IMG/VR virus record: IMGVR_UViG_2721755710_000002
Source: a virus
Lineage: Duplodnaviria; Heunggongvirae; Uroviricota; Caudoviricetes
Direction: 5' to 3' (one strand)
Length of the DNA stretch: 44,549 nt
Position 1 is the first letter of the stretch. Each line of letters begins with the position of its first letter. Positions 36,025 through 44,549 of this stretch are shown here, one piece after another. The notes beneath the pieces were generated by a model. That model had not been told where the DNA came from. It was given only the letters and a program-made list of their open reading frames with translations, and ran no database searches. A program made the position numbers and the translations under genes.

Positions 36025-39000
36025 ATGGCAGTAAAGATTTCAGGTGTACTGAAAGACGGTGCAGGTAAACCGGTACAGAACTGTACAATCCAGCTGAAAG
36101 CAAAACGTAACAGCACCACGGTGGTGGCGAACACGGTGGCCTCAGAAAATCCGGATGAAGCCGGGCGTTACAGCATGGACGTTGAGTACGGTCAGTACAG
36201 CGTTATTCTGTTGGTGGAAGGCTTCCCGCCATCGCATGCCGGGACCATCACCGTGTATGAAGACTCACAACCGGGTACGCTGAATGATTTTCTTGGTGCC
36301 ATGACGGAGGATGATGCCCGTCCGGAGGCACTGCGCCGCTTTGAACTGATGGTGGAAGAGGTGGCGCGTAACGCGTCCGCAGTGGCGCAGAACACAGCAG
36401 CCGCGAAGAAGTCAGCCAGCGATGCCAGCACATCAGCCCGTGAGGCGGCAACCCGTGCGACTGATGCTGCAGGCTCAGCACGTGCAGCCAGCACGTCAGC
36501 CGGACAGGCCGCGTCGTCGGCTCAGTCAGCGTCTTCCAGCGCAGGAACAGCATCAACAAAGGCCACTGAAGCATCAAAAAGTGCTGCCGCCGCAGAGTCT
36601 TCAAAAAGCGCGGCAGCCACCAGTGCCGGCGCAGCGAAAACGTCGGAAACGAATGCCGCAGCGTCACAAAAATCTGCGGCCACATCTGCATCCACCGCGA
36701 CCACGAAAGCGTCAGAAGCTGCCACCTCAGCCCGGGATGCGTCGGCTTCAAAAGTGGCGGCAAAATCATCAGAAACGAGCGCAGCCTCGAGCGCCGGCAG
36801 TGCAGCTTCCTCGGCAACGGCGGCAGGAAATTCCGCGAAGGCCGCAAAAACGTCTGAGACGAATGCGGATAACAGCGCACAGGCGGCAGCAGACTCACAA
36901 ACTGCATCGGCAAACTCCGCGACAGCAGCCAAAAAATCAGAAACCAACGCGAAAAATAGTGAGGCAGCAGCAAAGGTCAGCGAAACCAACGCTAAAGCGT
37001 CAGAGAACAAGGCGAAAGAATATCTCGACAAGGTCGGGGGACTCGTCAGCCCGATGACGCAATACGATTGGCCTGTTGTTACTGCTAGTGAGTCTCTTTA
37101 CATCAAGATCGCGAAACTTTCCGATCCTGGAACCAGCAGAAGTCATGTAACGCTAATGGTTACTAACGCTGGTAACTACGGCTCCCCTTACGGAAACATT
37201 GACTTTATCGAGATCTCGGCGCGCGGTCTGCCTTCTTTGCTTAGTGCGGATAATGTTTCTCGTCATCTGAGTATACGCCGCTTAGGGTCAACCGGGCTGA
37301 CCGATAACAACCAGATGCGTTACGGCCTGGTTAAAGGTGACGGCTTTATTGAGGTTTGGGCATTCCAGGGTGCGTTTATTAACGACGCAAAGGTTGCGGT
37401 GCTGGCGCAGACAACACTAAGCACAGAATTATACATCCCAGACGGATTTGTTAAGCAAACCGCCGCGCCTTCTGGATATATTGAAGGCAACGTTGTAAGG
37501 ATTTACGACCAGGTAAACAAGCCGACTAAAGCAGATTTGGGTCTTTCTAATGCTATGCTTACAGGCGCTTTCGGTCTTGGCGGTAGCGGGATATCAACAA
37601 ACGGCAAGATGAGCGATGTAGAGATCTTAAAAGCTCTGCGTGACAAAGGTGGTCATTTCTGGCGCGGTGATAAGCCGCCCGGAAGCACGGCGACCATTTA
37701 TAGCCACGGTTCTGGTATATTCTCGCGGTGCGGCGATACGTGGTCAGCGATCAATATCGACTACTCAACCGCGAAGATTAAGATCTATGCCGGCAACGAT
37801 GCCCGGCTTAACAACGGGACTTTTAGCGTCAATGAGCTATACGGCTCGGCAAACAAGCCGTCGAAATCGGATGTTGGACTTGGCAACGTAACGAACGATG
37901 CGCAGGTAAAAAAAACCGGCGATACAATGACCGGTGACTTGACAATCAAAAAAGGTACACCGTCAGTCTTCCTGCGGGCAGACAGTGGAGTCACCGCTTT
38001 GCGGTTTTATACTGGCGATAACACAGAGCGCGGCATAATTTATGCTGGTCCTAACACTGATTCGCTTGGCGAAGTTCGCATCAGGGCAAAGACAGCAGGG
38101 GGGACATCAGGAGGGGATCTTGTTGTTCGTCACGACGGGAGGGTTGAAGTCCGTGATCTCACAGTAGCGTATAAAATTAAAAGCAGAACGATTGAGATTG
38201 CAAATACCGACACTGACTCATCGGCAACTACGCTAAGCATCTATGGAGTACAGCACACGCCGTTGGTTTTAACGCGTTCTGGTTCTTCTGAAAATGTGTC
38301 CATTGGGTTTAAGTTAGACAACGTGAACCAAAAGTATCTTGGAATTGATACTAATGGGGATCTGGCTTTTGGTGAGAGTCCTGATCAGAAACAAAACAGC
38401 AAATTGATCACGCAAGCGAAACTCGACAAGGGATTAACGATTGGTGGTCAACTGGCTTTCAAAGGTACGACAGCGTTTTCAGCCGTTGCTACGTTCAGTG
38501 CCGGGATAGCAGGAGCCATCGAGCCGGAAAACATTGACGGCCAGACGGTTAATCTTAACAACCTGACCATCATCAAGTCAGATGTCGGGGCAGTTAAATA
38601 CTATATTTGTCCATCCTCTGCAGGTGGTGCAAATATTACCAATAAGCCTGACGGCATAGCCGGTAACTTTTTGCTTCGTGTAGAGTCGACTCGTAAGGTT
38701 AGGGATTCAGATTATGCGAACATGCAAACGCTGATTAACAGCGACACAAAACGTATATACGTTCGCTTTGTTGTTAATGGAAACTGGACAGCGTGGAGTC
38801 AGGTTGTTGTTTCCGGATGGAATCAGGATGTAACCGTCAGGTCGTTAACCTCGACGACTCCATCAAAATTAGGTGGCGGGCGGATTGATGTGCTTGGAAG
38901 TACTTCAGATTATGGCAGCATGAATTGTACCGTTCGTGGTGTTGATAGCACTGGAACCAATTCGGCGTGGTCGGTAGGCACATCAGAAAGCACAGGCAAA

Positions 39001-39804
39001 ATGTTGTTCCTGAAAAACCACAGAAGCAGCGCTCAAGTGCTGTTAAATGGCGATGATGGAGCGGTTCAACTACTAAGTGGCACTGTTAACGGGGCTACAG
39101 CGCAGGCGCTCACTATCAACAGGAATGAGGTTAACTCAACTGTTGATTTAACCCTTACAAAACAATCAGGGACTGGCAATCGTTTTGTTTTACAGAACTC
39201 AGGTAATGCAGAACTACCGTTTTCTGTCAGGGTGTGGGGTTCCAGTACTCGACAAAACGTTTTTGAGGTTGGTACGTCTGCTGCGTATCTGTTTTATGCG
39301 CAAAAAACAACAGACGGGCAAAACCTTACTGTAAACGGAAGTGTTAACTGCACCACACTGAATCAGTCATCAGACCGCAGACTGAAAGAAAATATCGAGA
39401 TTATCGATAACGCGACTGACGCAATCCGCAAAATTAATGGATACACGTACACGCTCAAGGAGAATGGGGCACATTGCGCCGGGGTTATAGCCCAGGAAGT
39501 TGAAGAGGCCATCCCGGAGGCCGTTGGTTCATTCATCCATTACGGTGAAGAGTTGCAAGGCCCGACCGTTGACGGCAACGAGCTACGCGAAGAAACGCGC
39601 TATCTTAATGTTGACTACGCCGCCGTGACGGGTTTACTTGTTCAGGTCGCCCGTGAAACAGATGATCGCGTTACCGCGCTGGAAGAGGAAAACACAACGC
39701 TACGTGAAAATCTGGCAACAGCAGACACCCGGATCAGCACTCTGGAAAATCAGGTAAGCGAACTGGTTGCACTTGTCCGGCAGTTAACAGGAAGCGAACA
39801 TTGA
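36025..39804 (+). CDS. stf: side tail fiber: lambda Stf-like N-terminus, Ala/Ser-rich repeats, divergent distal domain, C-terminal intramolecular chaperone (S74-like) domain
   Basis: N-terminus MAVKISGVLKDGAGKPVQNCTIQLKAKRNSTTVVANTV… matches the recalled lambda Stf; repeat region with reiterated AAKTSETNA units; C-terminal …SSDRRLKENIEII…GVIAQEV… chaperone signature from 39367. Confidence 0.85.
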   Translation: MAVKISGVLKDGAGKPVQNCTIQLKAKRNSTTVVANTVASENPDEAGRYSMDVEYGQYSVILLVEGFPPSHAGTITVYEDSQPGTLNDFLGAMTEDDARPEALRRFELMVEEVARNASAVAQNTAAAKKSASDASTSAREAATRATDAAGSARAASTSAGQAASSAQSASSSAGTASTKATEASKSAAAAESSKSAAATSAGAAKTSETNAAASQKSAATSASTATTKASEAATSARDASASKVAAKSSETSAASSAGSAASSATAAGNSAKAAKTSETNADNSAQAAADSQTASANSATAAKKSETNAKNSEAAAKVSETNAKASENKAKEYLDKVGGLVSPMTQYDWPVVTASESLYIKIAKLSDPGTSRSHVTLMVTNAGNYGSPYGNIDFIEISARGLPSLLSADNVSRHLSIRRLGSTGLTDNNQMRYGLVKGDGFIEVWAFQGAFINDAKVAVLAQTTLSTELYIPDGFVKQTAAPSGYIEGNVVRIYDQVNKPTKADLGLSNAMLTGAFGLGGSGISTNGKMSDVEILKALRDKGGHFWRGDKPPGSTATIYSHGSGIFSRCGDTWSAINIDYSTAKIKIYAGNDARLNNGTFSVNELYGSANKPSKSDVGLGNVTNDAQVKKTGDTMTGDLTIKKGTPSVFLRADSGVTALRFYTGDNTERGIIYAGPNTDSLGEVRIRAKTAGGTSGGDLVVRHDGRVEVRDLTVAYKIKSRTIEIANTDTDSSATTLSIYGVQHTPLVLTRSGSSENVSIGFKLDNVNQKYLGIDTNGDLAFGESPDQKQNSKLITQAKLDKGLTIGGQLAFKGTTAFSAVATFSAGIAGAIEPENIDGQTVNLNNLTIIKSDVGAVKYYICPSSAGGANITNKPDGIAGNFLLRVESTRKVRDSDYANMQTLINSDTKRIYVRFVVNGNWTAWSQVVVSGWNQDVTVRSLTSTTPSKLGGGRIDVLGSTSDYGSMNCTVRGVDSTGTNSAWSVGTSESTGKMLFLKNHRSSAQVLLNGDDGAVQLLSGTVNGATAQALTINRNEVNSTVDLTLTKQSGTGNRFVLQNSGNAELPFSVRVWGSSTRQNVFEVGTSAAYLFYAQKTTDGQNLTVNGSVNCTTLNQSSDRRLKENIEIIDNATDAIRKINGYTYTLKENGAHCAGVIAQEVEEAIPEAVGSFIHYGEELQGPTVDGNELREETRYLNVDYAAVTGLLVQVARETDDRVTALEEENTTLRENLATADTRISTLENQVSELVALVRQLTGSEH

Positions 39805-39987
39805 TATCCTTCAAGCTCTGAAGGAGGCTGTTCCCGGTACGTTCAGACTGTTGTTGAGCTGGAAATCGCAACGGAGGAAGAGAAAGCGTTACTGGCCGCA
39901 TGGAAAAAGTATCGGGTGTTGCTGAACCGTGTTGATACATCAACTGCACCTGATATTGAGTGGCCAGAAGAACCAGACACCGTGTAA
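39805..39987 (+). pseudogene. tfa: remnant of tail fiber assembly gene tfa (C-terminal fragment only, no start codon)
   Basis: Open frame without ATG encodes …[37 protein letters not shown], matching the recalled C-terminus of lambda Tfa. Confidence 0.6.
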
Positions 39988-40000
39988 GCAAAAAAGAAAA

Positions 40001-40037
40001 ACCGCAGACACGACGTATGCATGACGTGCTGCGGTTT
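40001..40037. terminator. long hairpin with flanking A/T runs between tfa remnant and the convergent GIY-YIG gene
   Basis: ACCGCAG…CTGCGGT stem with extra inner pairs; on the minus strand it is followed by TTTTCTTTTT. Confidence 0.55.
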
Positions 40038-40056
40038 ATGCTTATCACTTAAAGAC

Positions 40057-40875
<819 letters not shown>

Positions 40876-41236
40876 TCATTGCAAGGGCTCACAACCAGTA
40901 GTGTTGAGAAAACCATCGGAGAAATGAGGCTAAGCCTTTGAATTTACATAGTACAAAAAAGATACTTTTCCTCATAATGTGAGCTAATTTTATGTTTCGT
41001 TTGATGATTGGACCGGTCTCGAAAACCGTAGACACATAGTATGCGTTAATTTATGAACAAACTACTTGTCTGCTGTTTTTCTGTCATTAGTCGTATATAG
41101 AATGATTCTCTATGCCTAACAAAGCATCACCAGTGCTAGATTACGTTGTAGTCACTGTTTAAATATCCAGATAAAACATTTCCTTCTGGGTTGAATGAGT
41201 GATAAAGTTTCACCCATTAGACCCCTTGGAGGAATT

Positions 41237-42670
41237 ATGTCTGAATTTGAAGTGTTGGCACAGCATCTGCTGAAGGAAGCCGAGGCGGAAGAAAAGCTGC
41301 GACAGGAAAATGATAAAAAGCTTATCGAGAAAGTGCTGGAAATCTATGATCAGAAGTATGTGGCTGAATTACTGAGAAAAGTCGGAAAAAATGAGTGGAG
41401 CCGTGAAACCATTAACCGCTGGATTAATGGCAAGTGTTTACCAAAATCGTTGACTTCAGTAGAAGAGTCTCTTCTGCGTAAGATGCTACCAGAACCACCT
41501 GCAAACCATCCGGAATATGCTTTCCGCTTCATTGACTTATTTGCTGGAATTGGAGGGATACGGAAAGGTTTTGAGGCCATTGGAGGCCAGTGTGTTTTTA
41601 CCAGTGAATGGAATAAAGATGCTGTGCGTACATACAAGGCCAACTGGTTTAACGATGAACAGGTGCATAAATTCAATCTCGATATTCGGGAAGTCACGCT
41701 GAGTGATAAAACCGATGTATTGGAAACGGATGCTTATGCATATATTGATGAGCATGTGCCGGATCATGATGTGCTTCTTGCGGGGTTCCCGTGCCAGCCA
41801 TTTAGCCTTGCTGGTGTTAGTAAGAAAAACTCACTTGGTCGTGCGCATGGTTTTGAATGTGAAGCACAAGGAACACTTTTTTTTGACGTGGCACGTATTA
41901 TACGAGCAAAAAAACCGGCAATTTTTGTGCTGGAAAATGTCAAAAATCTGAAGAGCCATGATAAGGGTAAAACTTTCAAAGTCATTATGGAGACCCTTGA
42001 CGAGCTGGGCTACGAAGTTGCCGATGCTGCAGAAATGGGAAAAAACGATCCAAAGATTATCGATGGGAAGCATTTTTTGCCTCAGCATCGTGAACGCATT
42101 GTTCTGGTCGGATTTAGACGAGATCTGAATATTCACAAGGGGTTTACCTTGCGTGATATCAGTCGTTTTTATCCGGAACACCGCCCATCATTTGGTGAAT
42201 TGCTGGAGCCTGTAGTCGACAGTAAATATATACTTACGCCAAAACTATGGGAGTACCTTTATAACTACGCCAAAAAGCATGCAGCCAAGGGGAATGGTTT
42301 TGGCTTTGGGTTGGTCAATCCTGAGAATAAGGAAAGCATTGCACGCACACTTTCTGCCAGATATCACAAAGACGGATCAGAAATTCTTATTGATCGTGGT
42401 TGGGATATGGCAACGGGAGAGGCTGACTTTATGAATGAGAGTAATCAGGCTCGTCGACCACGCAGGCTGACTCCCCGAGAGTGCGCACGCCTTATGGGAT
42501 TTGAAAAACCTGGAGGGAAACCATTCCGTATTCCGGTTTCAGATACTCAGTCATATCGGCAGTTCGGTAACTCAGTTGTGGTGCCAGTATTTGAAGCTGT
42601 TGCCAGACTTCTGGAACCCTATATCCTCAAAGCTGTTTCTGCTGATGCTGGTAAGACTGGGCAGCCTTGA
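41237..42670 (+). CDS. DNA cytosine-5 methyltransferase, Dcm/M.EcoRII-like
   Basis: C5-MTase motifs [10 protein letters not shown] (I), [11 protein letters not shown] (IV), VLENVKNL (VI), [10 protein letters not shown] (X); GGAGG RBS 6 nt upstream of the ATG at 41237, giving 477 aa. Confidence 0.9.
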   Translation: MSEFEVLAQHLLKEAEAEEKLRQENDKKLIEKVLEIYDQKYVAELLRKVGKNEWSRETINRWINGKCLPKSLTSVEESLLRKMLPEPPANHPEYAFRFIDLFAGIGGIRKGFEAIGGQCVFTSEWNKDAVRTYKANWFNDEQVHKFNLDIREVTLSDKTDVLETDAYAYIDEHVPDHDVLLAGFPCQPFSLAGVSKKNSLGRAHGFECEAQGTLFFDVARIIRAKKPAIFVLENVKNLKSHDKGKTFKVIMETLDELGYEVADAAEMGKNDPKIIDGKHFLPQHRERIVLVGFRRDLNIHKGFTLRDISRFYPEHRPSFGELLEPVVDSKYILTPKLWEYLYNYAKKHAAKGNGFGFGLVNPENKESIARTLSARYHKDGSEILIDRGWDMATGEADFMNESNQARRPRRLTPRECARLMGFEKPGGKPFRIPVSDTQSYRQFGNSVVVPVFEAVARLLEPYILKAVSADAGKTGQP

Positions 42671-42704
42671 GAACATCTCCCGGCCTTTTAAGCCGGGAGT
42701 CAGC

Positions 42705-43913
42705 CTATGATAGTTCAGCGTAAAGCTCTATCAGCTCAGTAATGAATGCTCCGAGCGTTATTAATTCTTCTCTAACTGCTTCTGGGTATTTTTTATGTAA
42801 AGTTGATGGTACAACGAGTCTGACACCCGCATCTTTCATTTCTCGGTATTGTGCTGAAGAAACACCTTCTTGCAGTGTAAATAAATGTACCTGATGGATT
42901 TTATCTGCTTCATTCAGTATCTGACGCCAGCGATCTTTGCAGGTGGTCTTTACTGCCAGCATACGTAAGTTTTCTACAGGAAATTCAACGTTATGATATG
43001 CCTCTGCTGAAGGAAACAGGAAATCTGGTTTTTTATTACCTTCAGTAACTGCCTGAGTGGAGAAATGCCGTAGTCCGTGCTCGATAAAAAGCTTCTCTAG
43101 GTGAAGTTCAAGTGATTTGCCTGCCCTTGATTTACGTCGATTACTGACAGAGTTGGCTAATGCAATAAACTCATCTACAGAATCGAATCCTTTCTTAATA
43201 ATATCAAGAACATGTAATTCCTCGACGAGTAGAAAAATATCATACTCGACACGCCGACGGTCAATCAGTTGCTCATCTGGATCCTTGGAGTTTTTAGCAT
43301 AATGGCCAGCAGCATATTGAATAATTTCGTTTCCAGAAGGAAAACGCTTCTTCCAGTCTTCAGGAATAACATATTTATGATTTACTGGAGTTTGCTGAAG
43401 AGACAATCCGCCCAAAATTTGTCCGGCAGGGCCGGAAATTAGGGTTCCAGGTATGATTTCGCCAATAGCAGACTCGATGATATCCTCTTCATCGGGATTG
43501 ACGCAGACCCATATATCTACCTCGGAACAGTCAGTGTTCTGTTCGTTTAACCTGAAAGCAAGAATTGTGAGGGCTCCTGTATTTTCAGGGTTCTGTAATG
43601 GACTTCCTCTCCCCCAGCGCGTAATTCTTTTTTCGTTTCGGGTCTTACCAAAATAACGGTTGTTGTAATAAATTGCGCGTGCTTGGGTATCAGGGCAATC
43701 ATGGGATGATACATGCGCAGTAAGGAAGACTGAAGGGTTCAGTTCGCGAGTATGATTGATAGATGGAAAAAGCTTTTCAACGATATTTGAGGGGATATAA
43801 AGTCCGACCTGATGGCCACCTGTTGCGCCTGTGTCGTTTGCAGAAAGGCGTTTGATGTAGATAAAGTAATTCCCGCTTGCGATATCAAGCAGCCAGTTAT
43901 GAAAAACCGACAT
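42705..43913 (-). CDS. EcoRII-like type IIE restriction endonuclease
   Basis: ~402-404 aa; N-terminal …YIKRLSANDTGATGGHQVGLYIP… and overall sequence resemble EcoRII as recalled; convergent with the MTase. Start could be 43913 or 43919. Confidence 0.75.
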   Translation of the reverse strand: MSVFHNWLLDIASGNYFIYIKRLSANDTGATGGHQVGLYIPSNIVEKLFPSINHTRELNPSVFLTAHVSSHDCPDTQARAIYYNNRYFGKTRNEKRITRWGRGSPLQNPENTGALTILAFRLNEQNTDCSEVDIWVCVNPDEEDIIESAIGEIIPGTLISGPAGQILGGLSLQQTPVNHKYVIPEDWKKRFPSGNEIIQYAAGHYAKNSKDPDEQLIDRRRVEYDIFLLVEELHVLDIIKKGFDSVDEFIALANSVSNRRKSRAGKSLELHLEKLFIEHGLRHFSTQAVTEGNKKPDFLFPSAEAYHNVEFPVENLRMLAVKTTCKDRWRQILNEADKIHQVHLFTLQEGVSSAQYREMKDAGVRLVVPSTLHKKYPEAVREELITLGAFITELIELYAELS

Positions 43914-43990
43914 ATACATCCCTTTGTTAACATACAGTCAGGGTTAACATTTTTCCATAGTTATAGATAAGCGGCTAGGAACTTAAGGGA

Positions 43991-44017
43991 AAAACAAAAA
44001 GCCCGCATAAGCGGGCT
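43991..44017 (-). terminator. intrinsic terminator downstream of ssrA
   Basis: On the minus strand AGCCCGC-ttat-GCGGGCT followed by TTTTTGTTTTT, ~130 nt past the tmRNA 3' end. Confidence 0.6.
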
Positions 44018-44147
44018 TTTGTGTCACTCGAGAGCCGCGGCTCCTTTGCGTATCCTTTTTTGTCTCCTCACCGTCTGGTCGGTGTCCTGCTGAGACTGCT
44101 AACTTCCTGTTTTTGTTGGTGTTGTCCTTACACCGTCCAATCATGAT

Positions 44148-44510
44148 TGGTGGAGCTGGCGGGAGTTGAACCCGCGTCCGAAATTCCTACATCCTCGGTA
44201 CTACATGCTTAGTCAGTCTTTACATTCGCTTGCCAGCTGCGGACGGACACGCCACTAACAAACTAGCCTGATTAAGTTTTAACGCTTCAACCCCAGGCAG
44301 GGCTTCCACGCGATCTCTTTTGGGTTTGACCTCTCTTGATCCCCGTCCTAAGAGCGGAGGCTAGGGAGAGAGGGCTCTAAGCAGGTTATTAAGCTGCTAA
44401 AGCGTAGTTTTCGTCGTTTGCGACTATTTTTTGCGGCTTTTTACGAGGCCAACCGCCCCTCGGCATGCACCTTGGGTTTCGCAAATCCCGTCGAATCCAG
44501 AATCAGCCCC
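44148..44510 (-). ncRNA. ssrA: tmRNA (SsrA), 363 nt
   Basis: The reverse complement begins GGGGCTGATTCTGGATTCGACGGGATTTGCGAAACCCAAGGTGCATGCCGAGGGGCGGTTGGCCTCGTAAAAAGCCGCAAAAAATAGTCGCAAACGACGAAAACTACGCTTTAGCAGCTTAATAA (tag-peptide ORF …ANDENYALAA*) and ends …GGACGCGGGTTCAACTCCCGCCAGCTCCACCA. Confidence 0.9.
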
Positions 44511-44549
44511 AATGTGTAAAGGTAAGTATACCAGATTTATGAGCGCCAT

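Noticed and set aside
36192-37057. Several long ORFs on both strands (for example 36248..36973 minus, 36422..37057 plus, 36522..37031 minus) overlapping the tail fiber gene
   Set aside because: They fall in the GC-rich, Ala/Ser codon-repeat region of stf, where alternative frames are stop-poor by composition; the predicted products are low-complexity with no RBS or start context.
44511-44549. Possible 3' end of smpB upstream of ssrA
   Set aside because: Only ~39 nt are available beyond ssrA, too short to call a coding sequence; it more likely holds the ssrA promoter (a TATACT-like -10 near 44522..44527 on the minus strand).

Overview
The window is almost entirely one lambda-like (siphovirus-type) prophage lying next to the tmRNA gene ssrA (44148..44510, minus strand), with the expected gene order. 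From the left: an AT-rich two-gene cargo pair (1..973), integrase and excisionase, a leftward early operon, an ORF-free structured leader, CI repressor and Cro with operator palindromes, a replication protein with internal iterons, Dam-like methyltransferase, RusA, KilA-N, DUF968 and a phage-82-type Q antiterminator. Then come a second methyltransferase, a phage-21-type lysis cassette (pinholin, SAR endolysin, Rz/Rz1), a lambda-like cos site, terminase, portal, a protease-capsid fusion, the lambda-like tail gene set (Z, U, V, G/T, H, M, L, K, I, J), lom, and a mosaic side tail fiber followed by a tfa remnant. The right arm carries a GIY-YIG nuclease gene and an EcoRII-like restriction-modification pair. 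The strongest candidate for an undescribed system is a very AT-rich, antisense two-gene cassette (11701..13162: a 308-aa soluble protein plus a 182-aa four-helix membrane protein) between Q and the late genes; I recognise no domain in either protein. All calls rest on reading the sequence and recalled family features; no database search was run.
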